Assembly (NCBI RefSeq): GCF_039968395.1
Contig: NZ_JBDVPV010000001.1
Location: 522,327-586,326, forward strand
Direction of reading: 5' to 3'
Source: Parasphingorhabdus sp.
GTDB lineage: Bacteria > Pseudomonadota > Alphaproteobacteria > Sphingomonadales > Sphingomonadaceae
DNA: 64,000 nt
Below, piece after piece: positions 46,791 to 56,211 of this stretch. Numbering within the stretch: position 1 is the first letter of the stretch; every line of letters begins with the position of its first letter. The notes beneath the pieces are model-generated. The model did not search any database, had not been told where the DNA came from, and saw only the letters and a list, made by a program, of their open reading frames with translations. Both the position numbers and the translations under genes were made by a program.

Positions 46791-47812
46791 GCGCTTGCCC
46801 TTCGATTCTCGGTCGGTCTGTTGTCCCGTTCGGCGGGATTGTTGTGGATGCGAGTCAGATCTGATTTGCGACCGACCCAGATTTTTACGGTCAGTTGACC
46901 CCCATCGAGAGTGCGGGATTGCACCAGATCAATGCCGGTCTGTTGAAACCATCTCTCCATGCTGTCATCGGAAAAGCCGAGGCGCGCATGAGCATGGGCC
47001 GTTCGCAATTCCTCGCGGTCATGTGCAGCAAAATCGGCAATCACGACAATGCCGCCAGGCCCGAGGACCCGGGAAACCTCTGCAAGAACCGCTTCGGGAT
47101 GCTGGGCATAATGCAGGACCTGATGCATGATGACACTGTCAGCCTTGCCATCATGGACGGGCAGGCGACTAAAATCACCCAATTTGAGTTCGGTCTTCCG
47201 GGTCAGGGCAGTCTGACCCGACGGACTGCCGTCGCCGGCCAGCAATTTTGCGCGCGCCAGCCGCAGCATTTCCGGACTGTTATCCAAAGCTGTTACCTGT
47301 TCGGCGCCCGGACCGAACAGTTCCACCATCCTGCCTGTGCCGGTTCCAATGTCCAAAAGATGACCAAGATGCACATCTTTCACAAGAGCGAGCATGGCCT
47401 GTTCGACCTTGTCTTCGGGTAAATGCAGCGAACGAATGGCGTCCCATTCTTCGGCATGCGCAGCAAAATATTGTTCCGCCATTTGCGCGCGCTTCTGACG
47501 AACGGTCGCAAGTTTCTGTTCATCACTGATCGCTTGTTCAGATGTGACAACATTCTCCGAACGGAAAATCCGGTGCAGGGTTTCCAGTGCTTGCGTTTTT
47601 CCCGGTCTCAGAAATACCCAGCTGCCTTCTTTGCGTCGTTCGGCGAGATCAGCTTCATCCAATATTCTGATATGCCGGGAAATACGCGGCTGGCTTTGCT
47701 CCAGGATCTGGGCGAGCTCGCCCACCGCAAGTTCCATTTTCAGCAATAAAAGCATGATTCGAATCCGGGTGGGATCCGCCAGAGCTCGGAAAATGGTTAA
47801 AATTTCATCCAT
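46787..47812 (-). CDS. sahR: ArsR-family wHTH fused to a SAM-methyltransferase-like domain (SahR-type regulator of methionine metabolism)
   Basis: The N-terminal region ALADPTRIRIMLLL..ELAVGELAQIL..SQPRISRHIRIL is an ArsR wHTH. The C-terminal part is a class I MTase fold (LLDIGTGTGRM). It is the first gene of a metF-metH operon, and its stop overlaps the metF start (ATGA). Confidence 0.7.
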   Translation of the reverse strand: MDEILTIFRALADPTRIRIMLLLLKMELAVGELAQILEQSQPRISRHIRILDEADLAERRKEGSWVFLRPGKTQALETLHRIFRSENVVTSEQAISDEQKLATVRQKRAQMAEQYFAAHAEEWDAIRSLHLPEDKVEQAMLALVKDVHLGHLLDIGTGTGRMVELFGPGAEQVTALDNSPEMLRLARAKLLAGDGSPSGQTALTRKTELKLGDFSRLPVHDGKADSVIMHQVLHYAQHPEAVLAEVSRVLGPGGIVVIADFAAHDREELRTAHAHARLGFSDDSMERWFQQTGIDLVQSRTLDGGQLTVKIWVGRKSDLTRIHNNPAERDNRPTENRRASA

Positions 47813-47822
47813 GGGGCACTTT

Positions 47823-47842
47823 ATATAAAGAATTCTTTATAT
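47823..47842. promoter_or_regulatory. 20-bp perfect palindrome, a candidate SahR operator
   Basis: ATATAAAGAATTCTTTATAT begins 11 bp upstream of the sahR start codon. An extra half-site copy, ATAAAGAATT, lies at 47885-47894. Confidence 0.55.
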
Positions 47843-48044
47843 CTGGTCAATTGCTTAGATTTATTGGATTTGAAGACCCCCCGGATAAAGAATTTACAAG
47901 AAATTGCGCGGTATGACAGCATGGTGCACCGGATGATTATTGCTATCCGGTTTCGATATCGCTAATGGGTTTCGCCACAACCGTGTGGAGGATTTTTCTT
48001 CTCCGTACGTTTGGTTTTTTGAGGAATATTAGAGGGTTTACCCA

Positions 48045-48410
48045 ATGAAAAAAGTTACAACATCAATCGTTCTTGCTGCGGCTCTCGGCCTGGTAGCATG
48101 TTCTGGCGCAGAAAATGCTGAAGCCGGTGCTGAAGAAGCTGTAGAAGGCACGGAAGCAACTGCTGAAGAAGCTGCTGAAGATGCCATGGACGCTGCTGAA
48201 GGTTCTGCAGACGCCATGGGCGAAGCTGCTGCTGAAGCAACCGAAGAAGCTGGCGAAGCAGCCGGTGAAGCTGCTGAAGGTGCTGAAGGCGCCATGACAG
48301 ACGCTGCTGACAAAGCCAAAGGCGTTGCAGAAAAAGCTGGTGAAGCTGCTGAAGCTGCCGGTGAAGCTGCTGACAAAGTTAAAGCTGCTGCCGACAAAAT
48401 TGGCGGCTAA
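48045..48410 (+). CDS. Ala/Glu-rich low-complexity lipoprotein
   Basis: The N-terminus MKKVTTSIVLAAALGLVAC contains a lipobox and is followed by about 100 aa of A/E/G repeats. A strong terminator lies immediately downstream. Confidence 0.65.
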   Translation: MKKVTTSIVLAAALGLVACSGAENAEAGAEEAVEGTEATAEEAAEDAMDAAEGSADAMGEAAAEATEEAGEAAGEAAEGAEGAMTDAADKAKGVAEKAGEAAEAAGEAADKVKAAADKIGG

Positions 48411-48433
48411 TCGCTTTTAGAGTTTATGAAAAA

Positions 48434-48460
48434 GGGCTGCCTTCGGGTGGCCCTTTTTTT
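48434..48460 (+). terminator. Rho-independent terminator
   Basis: GGGCTGCC-TTCG-GGTGGCCC forms an 8-bp stem including 2 G-U pairs with a UUCG loop, followed by TTTTTTT. Confidence 0.8.
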
Positions 48461-48512
48461 GTGCGCAACAGGAATAGATGGAAAAGCGTTGAAAATTGTC
48501 TATTTTCACAAA

Positions 48513-48728
48513 ATGACCAGTCTTGGAGCAAAGTTTGTGACCTTCGCGCTGCCGGTGTTCGGCGCGTTACTGCTTTCCGCTTGTGGTCCGGCCGAGAATG
48601 ATCCGGGACCCGGCGGTGTGACGGTTGGTGAAGCAAGGGCGCTTGATGAAGCAGCGGAAATGCTTGATGAGCAGAACGCGCTGCTGACGGAACCGGGCCC
48701 TCAGGCAACTGACAGTCCGGTCGAGTAG
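48513..48728 (+). CDS. Small hypothetical lipoprotein (71 aa)
   Basis: The N-terminus MTSLGAKFVTFALPVFGALLLSAC contains a lipobox. The longer track ORF would run through the upstream terminator. Confidence 0.5.
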   Translation: MTSLGAKFVTFALPVFGALLLSACGPAENDPGPGGVTVGEARALDEAAEMLDEQNALLTEPGPQATDSPVE

Positions 48729-48741
48729 GCGTTATTTCAGA

Positions 48742-49851
48742 TCAGGGCCGATGATATCGTGCAACGGCGCGGGTCACGGACTGCATAAGGCGCATGCGCT
48801 CTGGAATGGGGGCAGTCGTATTACCTAGCATGACAGCAACCGCATAGCGCGTACCATCCGGAGCGGTCATGATTCCAACATCATTATAGCCGGTTGAAAC
48901 CGCGCCAAGAATCTGCCCCGTTCCGGTCTTGTGCAAAAACTCCCATCCATCAGGGACGCCGGCCTTCAAACGGTTTGGTCCGCTGCGCGTGCGCGACAAT
49001 ATCGATTGCAGCAGACGCGTCGAATTGCTCGAAAGCAGTTTACCGCGTGCCAATTTGTCAAATGCGCTGACAATCGCTCCGGGGCTTGCCCCGTCAATCG
49101 GATCAGCAAGATAGTCCGCAAGCGCCTGTTTGCGCCGTTCCAGCGGCAAATTGGCGCGGGCAGTGTAGAATTTCCGGCCTTTTGACAGGTCCTGATTCCA
49201 CTTCAGGCCAGCGATCTGGCTTTGCATCAAGCGTTCACCCGGGCCAAATTTGATTTTTCCCAGCCGGCTGCGACGAATAAAATCATTTACCGCATCTGGT
49301 CCGCCCGCATGTCGGAGCAGCGCATCATTTGCCGTGTTGTCGCTAAACGCCAGTGCTCTTTCGAGTAAAGTGTAGACGGATTTGGTCACGGTGCCATTTT
49401 GCGCGACTTCTTTTGCAAGCGGTTGATAAAACAGCGTCAGATCATCTGGTCCAATGCGGATCGGATCGGAAAGCGAAACGCGACCCTGGTCAACTTTATG
49501 GAGAACCGTCATGGCGACCCAAAGTTTCGAGACGCTTTGTTGCGGGAAGTTCTCATCGATGCGATGACCTATTTCCCAATTTCCATCTATGCGTTTCACC
49601 GCAATTCCGGTTTTACCCGGAAAACTCTTCCACAGGTTGAAAAGCTCGCGTTCCAGCGCCGGGTCCGCGCGGCTTTTTGAAGCAATTACGGCAGGCTGTG
49701 GTCGCGGTGTGGAAGTCCGGGGCGCGGGAGGCAAGGTTCTGGGACGCTCAACAACGACCGGCGCGCCATTTTGGGAAGGTGCCACACAACCGGCCATTGT
49801 GCCGAGTAAAACCATCATCATCAGAGTTCGAATATATGTCATAACTGCCAA
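48742..49851 (-). CDS. Class A beta-lactamase-family serine hydrolase, probable lipoprotein
   Basis: All three class A motifs are present: SxxK (SVSK), SDN (AFSDNTAND) and KTG (HKTGTG). The N-terminus has an MAGC lipobox. Confidence 0.8.
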   Translation of the reverse strand: MAVMTYIRTLMMMVLLGTMAGCVAPSQNGAPVVVERPRTLPPAPRTSTPRPQPAVIASKSRADPALERELFNLWKSFPGKTGIAVKRIDGNWEIGHRIDENFPQQSVSKLWVAMTVLHKVDQGRVSLSDPIRIGPDDLTLFYQPLAKEVAQNGTVTKSVYTLLERALAFSDNTANDALLRHAGGPDAVNDFIRRSRLGKIKFGPGERLMQSQIAGLKWNQDLSKGRKFYTARANLPLERRKQALADYLADPIDGASPGAIVSAFDKLARGKLLSSNSTRLLQSILSRTRSGPNRLKAGVPDGWEFLHKTGTGQILGAVSTGYNDVGIMTAPDGTRYAVAVMLGNTTAPIPERMRLMQSVTRAVARYHRP

Positions 49852-49944
49852 ATCATTCCCTGCTCGGGCTACCCACTTGTGGCTGGCAACCCATACTACG
49901 CAACCCGGATGCTATCCTACGTACGATGAGAACGGTTAACAGAG

Positions 49945-49979
49945 CCAAAACGCGGGTTTGCGATGAACGATTCCCCGCG
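49945..49979 (-). terminator. Possible Rho-independent terminator of the PLD-family gene
   Basis: On the minus strand, ACGCGGG-N17-CCCGCGT is followed by TTTTGG. Confidence 0.4.
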
Positions 49980-49993
49980 TGCGACAAACCGGT

Positions 49994-51241
49994 TCAAGAC
50001 TGCTGATCAGGCGCTTTTGCTTCGGCAATGCGATCCGTCTTGCGCAAACCGAAATTAAATCTTCGGCTCACCGAATAATCCAGCGTGTTCACAAGGAAAT
50101 AAGAGAGGACCCAGCGAATGCGATTTAACAGAGATTTTCGGGATTGATGGAGGTCATTGGTAATGGGCTCGGCTTCTTCGATCATGCCGCCGACAAGTTG
50201 CCGCGCGTGCGCCGCAAAAGCACTGTCTTCGATTCTGACCATCATTTCGACATTGATAAACAGGCTTCTGATGTCAAAATTGGCAGATCCGACATAGACC
50301 GCATCATCGATAATCACCATTTTCGCATGCAGACGCTTGGCCCCATATTCAAATATCGAGGCATTGCGTTTCAGAAGATAGCCGTAGAGTAATCTGCTGG
50401 CGCCGATTGTTGCTGCATTGTCCGTTTTGCCCGGCAGCAGCAATTGACTTTCTCCACCCAGCTTCGACACACGTGCAATCCGGCGCAGCAATCCCTGCCC
50501 AGGAGAAAAATAGGCAGAAACCAGATGCAGGCGAGATCCTGCTTCAATGTCTTTTTTGATAGACCATGCCCAACGGCTCAATCGGTTGCTTGGCCCGCCA
50601 AGGAGCCAGCGAAAACTGCCCTGGCCCGGATCCCATTTGCGAACCATCCGCTGAAGAGCCAATATGTTGCCATTATCGTTGCGCACCCAATCAGACAGTT
50701 TTTCATACCAGGCTGTCAGCGTCTGTGTTTCCGGACCTTCGATGACGATCCCGATATCCTCCCAGTCAGCGTCATGATCCTTGTCGCTGTCTTCCGCTTT
50801 CAGCTGATCAAAGTAATTTTTGGTGAGATTGAATCCGCCGATAATGGCTCGACGATTGTCAGCTATGGTCATTTTTTGATGGTTGCGAACAAGATAGCTG
50901 GTGGAAAAACGGGGGCTGAAAACGCCGAATTTTACTCCGGCACCGATCAGGGGGTCAAAGAAGCTCTGCGGGCTGCCGTTCGATCCAAAGCTATCGACCA
51001 TTAACTCGACAGCCACGCCGCGCTGGCAGGCCTCTATCAGCTTTGTGAGGACCAGCCTGCCAATCGCATCATCGTCCACCATGTAATAATAGAGCTGCAG
51101 TGACTGTTCTGCGTGGTCGATCAGTTCGATCAGCGCATCGAGCCGATCCCCGGCCTGATGCACAAGTTTCAGTCTGTTTTCTCCAACCGTGAACCATTGC
51201 GGCCGGTGATCTGTTGGTGAAATGACAGCATCCATATTCAC
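49994..51241 (-). CDS. Phospholipase D / cardiolipin-synthase-like family protein
   Basis: Two HKD motifs are present: HQKMTIADN and HAKMVIIDD. Confidence 0.85.
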   Translation of the reverse strand: MNMDAVISPTDHRPQWFTVGENRLKLVHQAGDRLDALIELIDHAEQSLQLYYYMVDDDAIGRLVLTKLIEACQRGVAVELMVDSFGSNGSPQSFFDPLIGAGVKFGVFSPRFSTSYLVRNHQKMTIADNRRAIIGGFNLTKNYFDQLKAEDSDKDHDADWEDIGIVIEGPETQTLTAWYEKLSDWVRNDNGNILALQRMVRKWDPGQGSFRWLLGGPSNRLSRWAWSIKKDIEAGSRLHLVSAYFSPGQGLLRRIARVSKLGGESQLLLPGKTDNAATIGASRLLYGYLLKRNASIFEYGAKRLHAKMVIIDDAVYVGSANFDIRSLFINVEMMVRIEDSAFAAHARQLVGGMIEEAEPITNDLHQSRKSLLNRIRWVLSYFLVNTLDYSVSRRFNFGLRKTDRIAEAKAPDQQS

Positions 51242-51380
51242 GGCTTAAAAGATTCCCCGTAAAGCCGCAATTGTGCAGGCACAAAGGACCTCAGACCACG
51301 ATCAGTTTGTTGACAAAACGAGAGGTAAACTCTAGACGCAGGCCTCATTTTCAAGAATTTTAGAGAATCAGGAGCGCCTT

Positions 51381-51731
51381 ATGGCTCGCGTTACCGTCGA
51401 AGATTGCGTGGATAAAGTCACCAACCGGTTTGATTTGGTCCTTTTTGCTTCCCAGCGCGCACGGGAAATTTCCGGTGGTGCGGAACTGACGATCGACCGC
51501 GATCGCGACAAAAACCCTGTGGTATCGCTGCGGGAAATTGCAGAGGAAACGGTGAACCCTGGCGATCTCGAAGAAAGCCTCGTTCAATCTTTGCGCAAGG
51601 TGCAGATTGATGACGATGATACGCCGGATGAAATCGGTTCGATCAGCCAGTCAGCAGAAGCACTTCGCCTGACAGCAGCAGCGCCGCCGCGCAGCGCCGG
51701 TGTCCCGGGTGATTATAACGGACGCAGATAA
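51381..51731 (+). CDS. rpoZ: DNA-directed RNA polymerase subunit omega
   Basis: The N-terminus reads [30 protein letters not shown]. Confidence 0.95.
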   Translation: MARVTVEDCVDKVTNRFDLVLFASQRAREISGGAELTIDRDRDKNPVVSLREIAEETVNPGDLEESLVQSLRKVQIDDDDTPDEIGSISQSAEALRLTAAAPPRSAGVPGDYNGRR

Positions 51732-51756
51732 GCTTTTATCCAGATTGGATCGAAAT

Positions 51757-51791
51757 GGGCGACACTCTTACGAGCTGTCGCCCTTTTCTTT
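51757..51791 (+). terminator. Rho-independent terminator of rpoZ
   Basis: GGGCGACA-N11-TGTCGCCC is followed by TTTTCTTT. It overlaps the 3' end of the convergent desaturase gene. Confidence 0.65.
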
Positions 51792-52604
51792 GGCAGTGGG
51801 CCGTTCTTCGGGCAGAAATGGAACCACCATCGCCCAGCCAAGATTTGCTGGTTTTTCCGTCTGATATTCGTTCAGTCCAAGCACCATGTCGCGATGCCCG
51901 TCCCGGGGTTGGGCGACATAGGTCCCGAACAGGCGATCCCAAAGCGTCAGGAAGAAACTGTAATTGCTGTTCGTTTCCGCAACCCGGACCGAATGGTGCA
52001 CACGGTGCATATCGGGGGTAACGATCCCCCATCGAACCAGTCTGTCTACGTTTTGGGGAAGCCGGATATTGGCATGATGGAACATGGATGAGGCATTGAG
52101 TATGACTTCAAACAGGAACACCGCAAAGGCCGCCGGACCGACAAGGACAACACACAGCAATTTGTAAGCCATGGACAAGACGGCTTCGACGGGATGAAAA
52201 CGGGCGCCGCTGGTGACGTCAAGATCGCGATCTGCATGATGAACCTTGTGAAAACGCCACAAAATCGGAACTTTGTGGAATGCGACATGCTGCGCGTAAA
52301 TCATCATGTCCAAAAGCACGAAGGCGATGATGATTTCGGCCCAGACAGGTAATTCGACCCAAGCCAGCAGGCCCCAGCCGCGTCCGGCTGCATAGTCTGC
52401 CATCCCGACTGCCAGTATCGGCATGACCAGACGCAATGCCAGCGTGTTTACGACAACCAGAGAAATGTTGGTGAACCAACGCATCCCTTTTGGCACGACG
52501 CGTTTTTTGCGGGGGAAGGCGATTTCGAGAACGGCCATGAGCAGGAATATGCCGGCAAATGCGCTTAGTCTGACAATGGCTTCATATTGATCCAGAAAGG
52601 ACAT
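51768..52604 (-). CDS. Sterol desaturase / fatty acid hydroxylase family membrane protein
   Basis: The product has several TM segments and the histidine boxes HKVHH and HRVHH. Confidence 0.8.
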   Translation of the reverse strand: MSFLDQYEAIVRLSAFAGIFLLMAVLEIAFPRKKRVVPKGMRWFTNISLVVVNTLALRLVMPILAVGMADYAAGRGWGLLAWVELPVWAEIIIAFVLLDMMIYAQHVAFHKVPILWRFHKVHHADRDLDVTSGARFHPVEAVLSMAYKLLCVVLVGPAAFAVFLFEVILNASSMFHHANIRLPQNVDRLVRWGIVTPDMHRVHHSVRVAETNSNYSFFLTLWDRLFGTYVAQPRDGHRDMVLGLNEYQTEKPANLGWAMVVPFLPEERPTAKEKGDSS

Positions 52605-52668
52605 TGGCTTTTGTCGCAGCTAAGACAGGCTGAGGCAAGGGACGAAGTCAATCGGTCCCATATACATC

Positions 52669-53040
52669 TCAACAGGGGTATTTTATCTTCATGAAGTCGT
52701 GAAAGGCTCTTTCAACCTCGATACCCCTGTTTGCCGCGGGGATCGTTTTGAGATGAGCAAGAAACTCTTTGCCATTGAGTTTTCCTTTGCCCTTTGGCGG
52801 CGGGCAGCTGGGTGGAGTTTTTCCAGCCGCTCGCGCCGCCAGGATATCGGTTCGGTAATTTCGGGTGACCTTTTTCATTTCCGCCATCACCGGCTTGCGG
52901 TGTTTTGAAAACATCGCTCCCATCCCGGCGTTCATCAGTTTGTCGGCCTTGGGCAGGAATTCTGATACCGGCATTGCAGAAAGAGGTGTCGCGGCTAGCA
53001 GCATCGCCAGGCCCGTCAGAAATTGGACGGAATGTTTCAT
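52669..53040 (-). CDS. Hypothetical secreted protein (123 aa)
   Basis: The signal peptide is MKHSVQFLTGLAMLLAATPLSA. The mature part is Lys-rich and has two Cys residues. I recognise no family. Confidence 0.55.
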   Translation of the reverse strand: MKHSVQFLTGLAMLLAATPLSAMPVSEFLPKADKLMNAGMGAMFSKHRKPVMAEMKKVTRNYRTDILAARAAGKTPPSCPPPKGKGKLNGKEFLAHLKTIPAANRGIEVERAFHDFMKIKYPC

Positions 53041-53112
53041 AAAAAAGGCCTCTTTTCCATATAGGTTAGAGGCCTTTTGTAATCAGTTTAATGAACCGAA
53101 ATTGAACTGCGC

Positions 53113-55092
53113 TCAGGCGCCCTGCGGTTTGGGGTCGCCGCTGAACGGACCTTTGCGGTTTTTCCCGGCTTTCGGGATCGAAGTTCCGACCGAGGGGACA
53201 GCAGAAGGTTTGATGACATCGCCATCAGCCCGCTCGAATTTGCCTGTTTCGATCAGCTCGTCAATTTCTTCACCCGACAGGGTTTCATATTCCAGCAGTG
53301 CATTGGCTAGCAGGTGCAGCTGCTTTTCGAATTTGGTCAATACATCTTTGGCGCGGTCATATCCGGCATCGACGATCCCGCGAATTTCCGCATCAATCAG
53401 TTTCGCCGTTTCATTGGACATGTGAACGCGCTGGGACTGCGAGTAGCCAAGGAATGTTTCACCCTGTTCCTCTTCATATTGCAACGGACCCATCTTGTCC
53501 GACATTCCCCATTGGGTCACCATATCGCGCGCCAGCTTGGTGGCATACTGGATGTCGCCAGAAGCGCCCGATGATACTTTCTCGTAACCGAAGATGATTT
53601 CTTCCGCGACGCGGCCACCCATGGAAACGGCCATATTGGCGTGCATCTTGTCACGGTGGTAGCTGTAATTGTCACGTTCCGGCAGACGCATGACCATGCC
53701 GAGCGCGCGTCCGCGCGGAATGATTGTCGCCTTGTGGATGGGATCAGAAGCCGGTTCATGAACAGCAACCAGCGCGTGTCCTGCCTCGTGATAGGCGGTC
53801 ATTTTCTTCTCGTCTTCGGTCATGACCATCGACTTGCGTTCCGTACCCATCATGACTTTGTCTTTGGCGGCCTCGAACTCATCCATGGCAACCATGCGTT
53901 TGCCCCGCCGTGCAGCCATCAACGCGGCTTCATTGACGAGGTTGGCAAGGTCTGCGCCGGAGAAACCGGGCGTACCGCGAGCGATCGTCCGGGTGTTGAC
54001 GTCGGGTGCGATCGGCACCTTTTTCATATGCACTTCAAGGATCTTCTCGCGACCTTCAATATCGGGGCGCGGGACCACGACCTGTCGATCAAAACGACCC
54101 GGACGCAGCAAGGCGGGATCGAGAACATCCGGACGGTTGGTTGCGGCAATGATGATGATACCTTCATTGGCTTCAAAACCGTCCATTTCGACCAGCAACT
54201 GGTTCAACGTCTGTTCGCGTTCGTCATTGCCGTTGCCAAGACCGGCACCGCGATGGCGACCGACGGCATCAATTTCGTCGATGAACACGATGCATGGCGC
54301 GTTTTTCTTGGCCTGCTCAAACATGTCGCGAACACGGCTCGCACCAACACCCACAAACATTTCGACAAAATCAGAACCGGAAATGGTGAAAAACGGCACA
54401 CCGGCTTCCCCGGCAATTGCCCGTGCAAGCAAGGTCTTGCCGGTACCGGGAGAACCGACGAGCAGCGCGCCCTTTGGAATCTGCCCGCCAAGCTTGGCAA
54501 AGCGGCCGGGGTTTTTCAGAAACTCGACGATTTCTTCCAGCTCTTCGCGCGCTTCATCAATACCGGCGACATCTTCAAATGTGACTTTGCCTTGTTTTTC
54601 GGTCAGCATCTTGGCTTTGGACTTCCCAAAACCCATCGCCCCGGAACCACTTCCTTTTTGCATCTGGCGCAGCACGAAAAATGCGATACCCAGAATGAGA
54701 ATGAAGGGCAGGGACTGAATGAGGAGATATTGCCAGATGCTCGGTGTTTCTTCTGCCTGGCCGCTGTAATCCACGCCGTTTTCATCGAGCAGTTTGACAA
54801 GACCCGTGTCGTTTCCGACCGGAGTGGTTGTGAACTTGTCGCCGTTGGTCAGTTCGCCGGAAATCTGATCGGGAGCGATGGCGACGCTTTTCACGCTGCC
54901 TTCTGCAACCTGTGCGCGGAATGAAGAGTAGCTCATCGCAGTTCCGGCTTCGGCTGTGGTTCCGGCTCCAAACATCGAGACCGTCAACAACAGGGCAATG
55001 ATGACGCCCGCCCAGATGAGCATGCTTTTCATCCACGGATTATCCTTGGGATCCTGTTCGTCATTCATGATTGTTCGCGTCCTGTTGTTCAA
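53113..55092 (-). CDS. ftsH: ATP-dependent zinc metalloprotease FtsH
   Basis: The product has Walker A GSPGTGKT, an SRH region, the zinc motif HEAGH, and two N-terminal TM segments. An alternative start lies at 55068. Confidence 0.95.
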   Translation of the reverse strand: MNNRTRTIMNDEQDPKDNPWMKSMLIWAGVIIALLLTVSMFGAGTTAEAGTAMSYSSFRAQVAEGSVKSVAIAPDQISGELTNGDKFTTTPVGNDTGLVKLLDENGVDYSGQAEETPSIWQYLLIQSLPFILILGIAFFVLRQMQKGSGSGAMGFGKSKAKMLTEKQGKVTFEDVAGIDEAREELEEIVEFLKNPGRFAKLGGQIPKGALLVGSPGTGKTLLARAIAGEAGVPFFTISGSDFVEMFVGVGASRVRDMFEQAKKNAPCIVFIDEIDAVGRHRGAGLGNGNDEREQTLNQLLVEMDGFEANEGIIIIAATNRPDVLDPALLRPGRFDRQVVVPRPDIEGREKILEVHMKKVPIAPDVNTRTIARGTPGFSGADLANLVNEAALMAARRGKRMVAMDEFEAAKDKVMMGTERKSMVMTEDEKKMTAYHEAGHALVAVHEPASDPIHKATIIPRGRALGMVMRLPERDNYSYHRDKMHANMAVSMGGRVAEEIIFGYEKVSSGASGDIQYATKLARDMVTQWGMSDKMGPLQYEEEQGETFLGYSQSQRVHMSNETAKLIDAEIRGIVDAGYDRAKDVLTKFEKQLHLLANALLEYETLSGEEIDELIETGKFERADGDVIKPSAVPSVGTSIPKAGKNRKGPFSGDPKPQGA

Positions 55093-55159
55093 ACGGACCA
55101 GTGCCTGTGTCAGACTTCTGGCAGGGGTTATATCTTATAAAGATAAGTGTTTTGCGCAT

Positions 55160-55174
55160 AATGACAATGTCATT
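55160..55174. promoter_or_regulatory. Perfect 7-1-7 palindrome upstream of ftsH
   Basis: AATGACA-A-TGTCATT lies in the tilS-ftsH intergenic region, about 70-100 nt upstream of the ftsH start. Its function is unknown. Confidence 0.3.
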
Positions 55175-55236
55175 AGCTATGTTTTTAACCGATTGGCCGG
55201 GAAATCAGCGATCTTGTGGTAAAAAAACTACGGATT

Positions 55237-56193
55237 TCATCTATCCCGGCGCTTTGGCGCGGGCGAGAAAGTCCATGTTTTGCCACCCTGACACAAGACA
55301 TCGCCGATTGTGATCTTCTCATTATGTTGCAGCGCCAATATCGTGCGCTCCAGTTGTGCGCCGCGCGGAGAAACGGCTGGCTGGCAAATATGCAGGCATT
55401 TCAGAACCAGGCGGCGGATTATCTCATGCGGAAAATCAGTGCGATCAAGCGTACATCCGGCATCCGTCTTGTGCACATGCTGGAGGCTGAGTTCGTCAAT
55501 CATCCATTGCAAGGCTGTTCGGGCATCATCCAGTGCAGCTGCGCTCTGGCTGGCTAGGCTGACATCAAATCCGTTCAATTCCGACAATGCCTTGCGAATG
55601 CGCACCCGGTCAAAGCTGTTGTCCGCATTGGAAGGATCTTCCACCGGAATGATGTTTTGAGACTTTACGAAATCTGCCAGCATGGTCTTGGGAAAGTGCA
55701 GCAAAGGCCTGACTATATTGCCGCGTCTCGACCGGATAGCCGACATTCCGTCGATGCCGCTGCCCCGCAAAATTCGCATGATCAACGTTTCCAGCTGATC
55801 ATCGGCGTGATGCGCAGTGGCCAGCCAGCCAATCGCATTATTTTCTGCCCACTTGTTGAGCAGGGCATAGCGGACTTTGCGCGCTTCTGATTGAATGCTG
55901 CCGCGAATGGGAATGGTCGGTTTGAGTATCTGGTGCCGAATATTCTTGTCGGCGCAGATGGCGGCTACAAATTCACACTCCTGATGTGCCGCCGGACGCA
56001 ATCCGTGATCTACACTGGCCGCTGCGATCCGGTCCGGGAATGTGGCATTTGCCAGTAGCAGCAGCGCGAGACTGTCGGGTCCGCCGGAAACGGCCAGCCC
56101 CAACTTTTCATCATTATCAAAAAATCCGGGAATCAGTTGCGCGATTGCATCGCTAAATCGCGCGATGATGTCCGGGTCAGGCATGACCGGCAA
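55237..56193 (-). CDS. tilS: tRNA(Ile)-lysidine synthetase
   Basis: The PP-loop SGGPDS is present, and the gene lies between cpoB and ftsH as in many alphaproteobacteria. Confidence 0.9.
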   Translation of the reverse strand: MPVMPDPDIIARFSDAIAQLIPGFFDNDEKLGLAVSGGPDSLALLLLANATFPDRIAAASVDHGLRPAAHQECEFVAAICADKNIRHQILKPTIPIRGSIQSEARKVRYALLNKWAENNAIGWLATAHHADDQLETLIMRILRGSGIDGMSAIRSRRGNIVRPLLHFPKTMLADFVKSQNIIPVEDPSNADNSFDRVRIRKALSELNGFDVSLASQSAAALDDARTALQWMIDELSLQHVHKTDAGCTLDRTDFPHEIIRRLVLKCLHICQPAVSPRGAQLERTILALQHNEKITIGDVLCQGGKTWTFSPAPKRRDR

Positions 56194-56211
56194 TGCGCAA
56201 GACGGGCTGAA

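Noticed and set aside
48038-48397. A 119-aa Ser/Ala/Pro-rich ORF on the minus strand.
   Set aside because: It is the mirror image of the repetitive Ala/Glu lipoprotein gene. The + strand ORF has a lipoprotein signal, an RBS context and a terminator, and the minus ORF has none of these.
51310-51338. A promoter-like TTGACA-N17-TAGACG upstream of rpoZ.
   Set aside because: The -35 element is perfect, but the -10 matches only 3 of 6 positions. That is not enough to annotate without TSS data.
53641-54924. A 427-aa ORF on the + strand, plus a 298-aa ORF at 53822-54718.
   Set aside because: Both lie entirely antisense to ftsH, whose identity is unambiguous. Their composition is shadow-ORF-like (Arg/His/Phe rich, no motifs). 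Similar long antisense ORFs occur opposite the CDC48-like gene (15061-15720, 15398-15955), mgtE, metH, ptsP, tolQ and the M16 peptidase.
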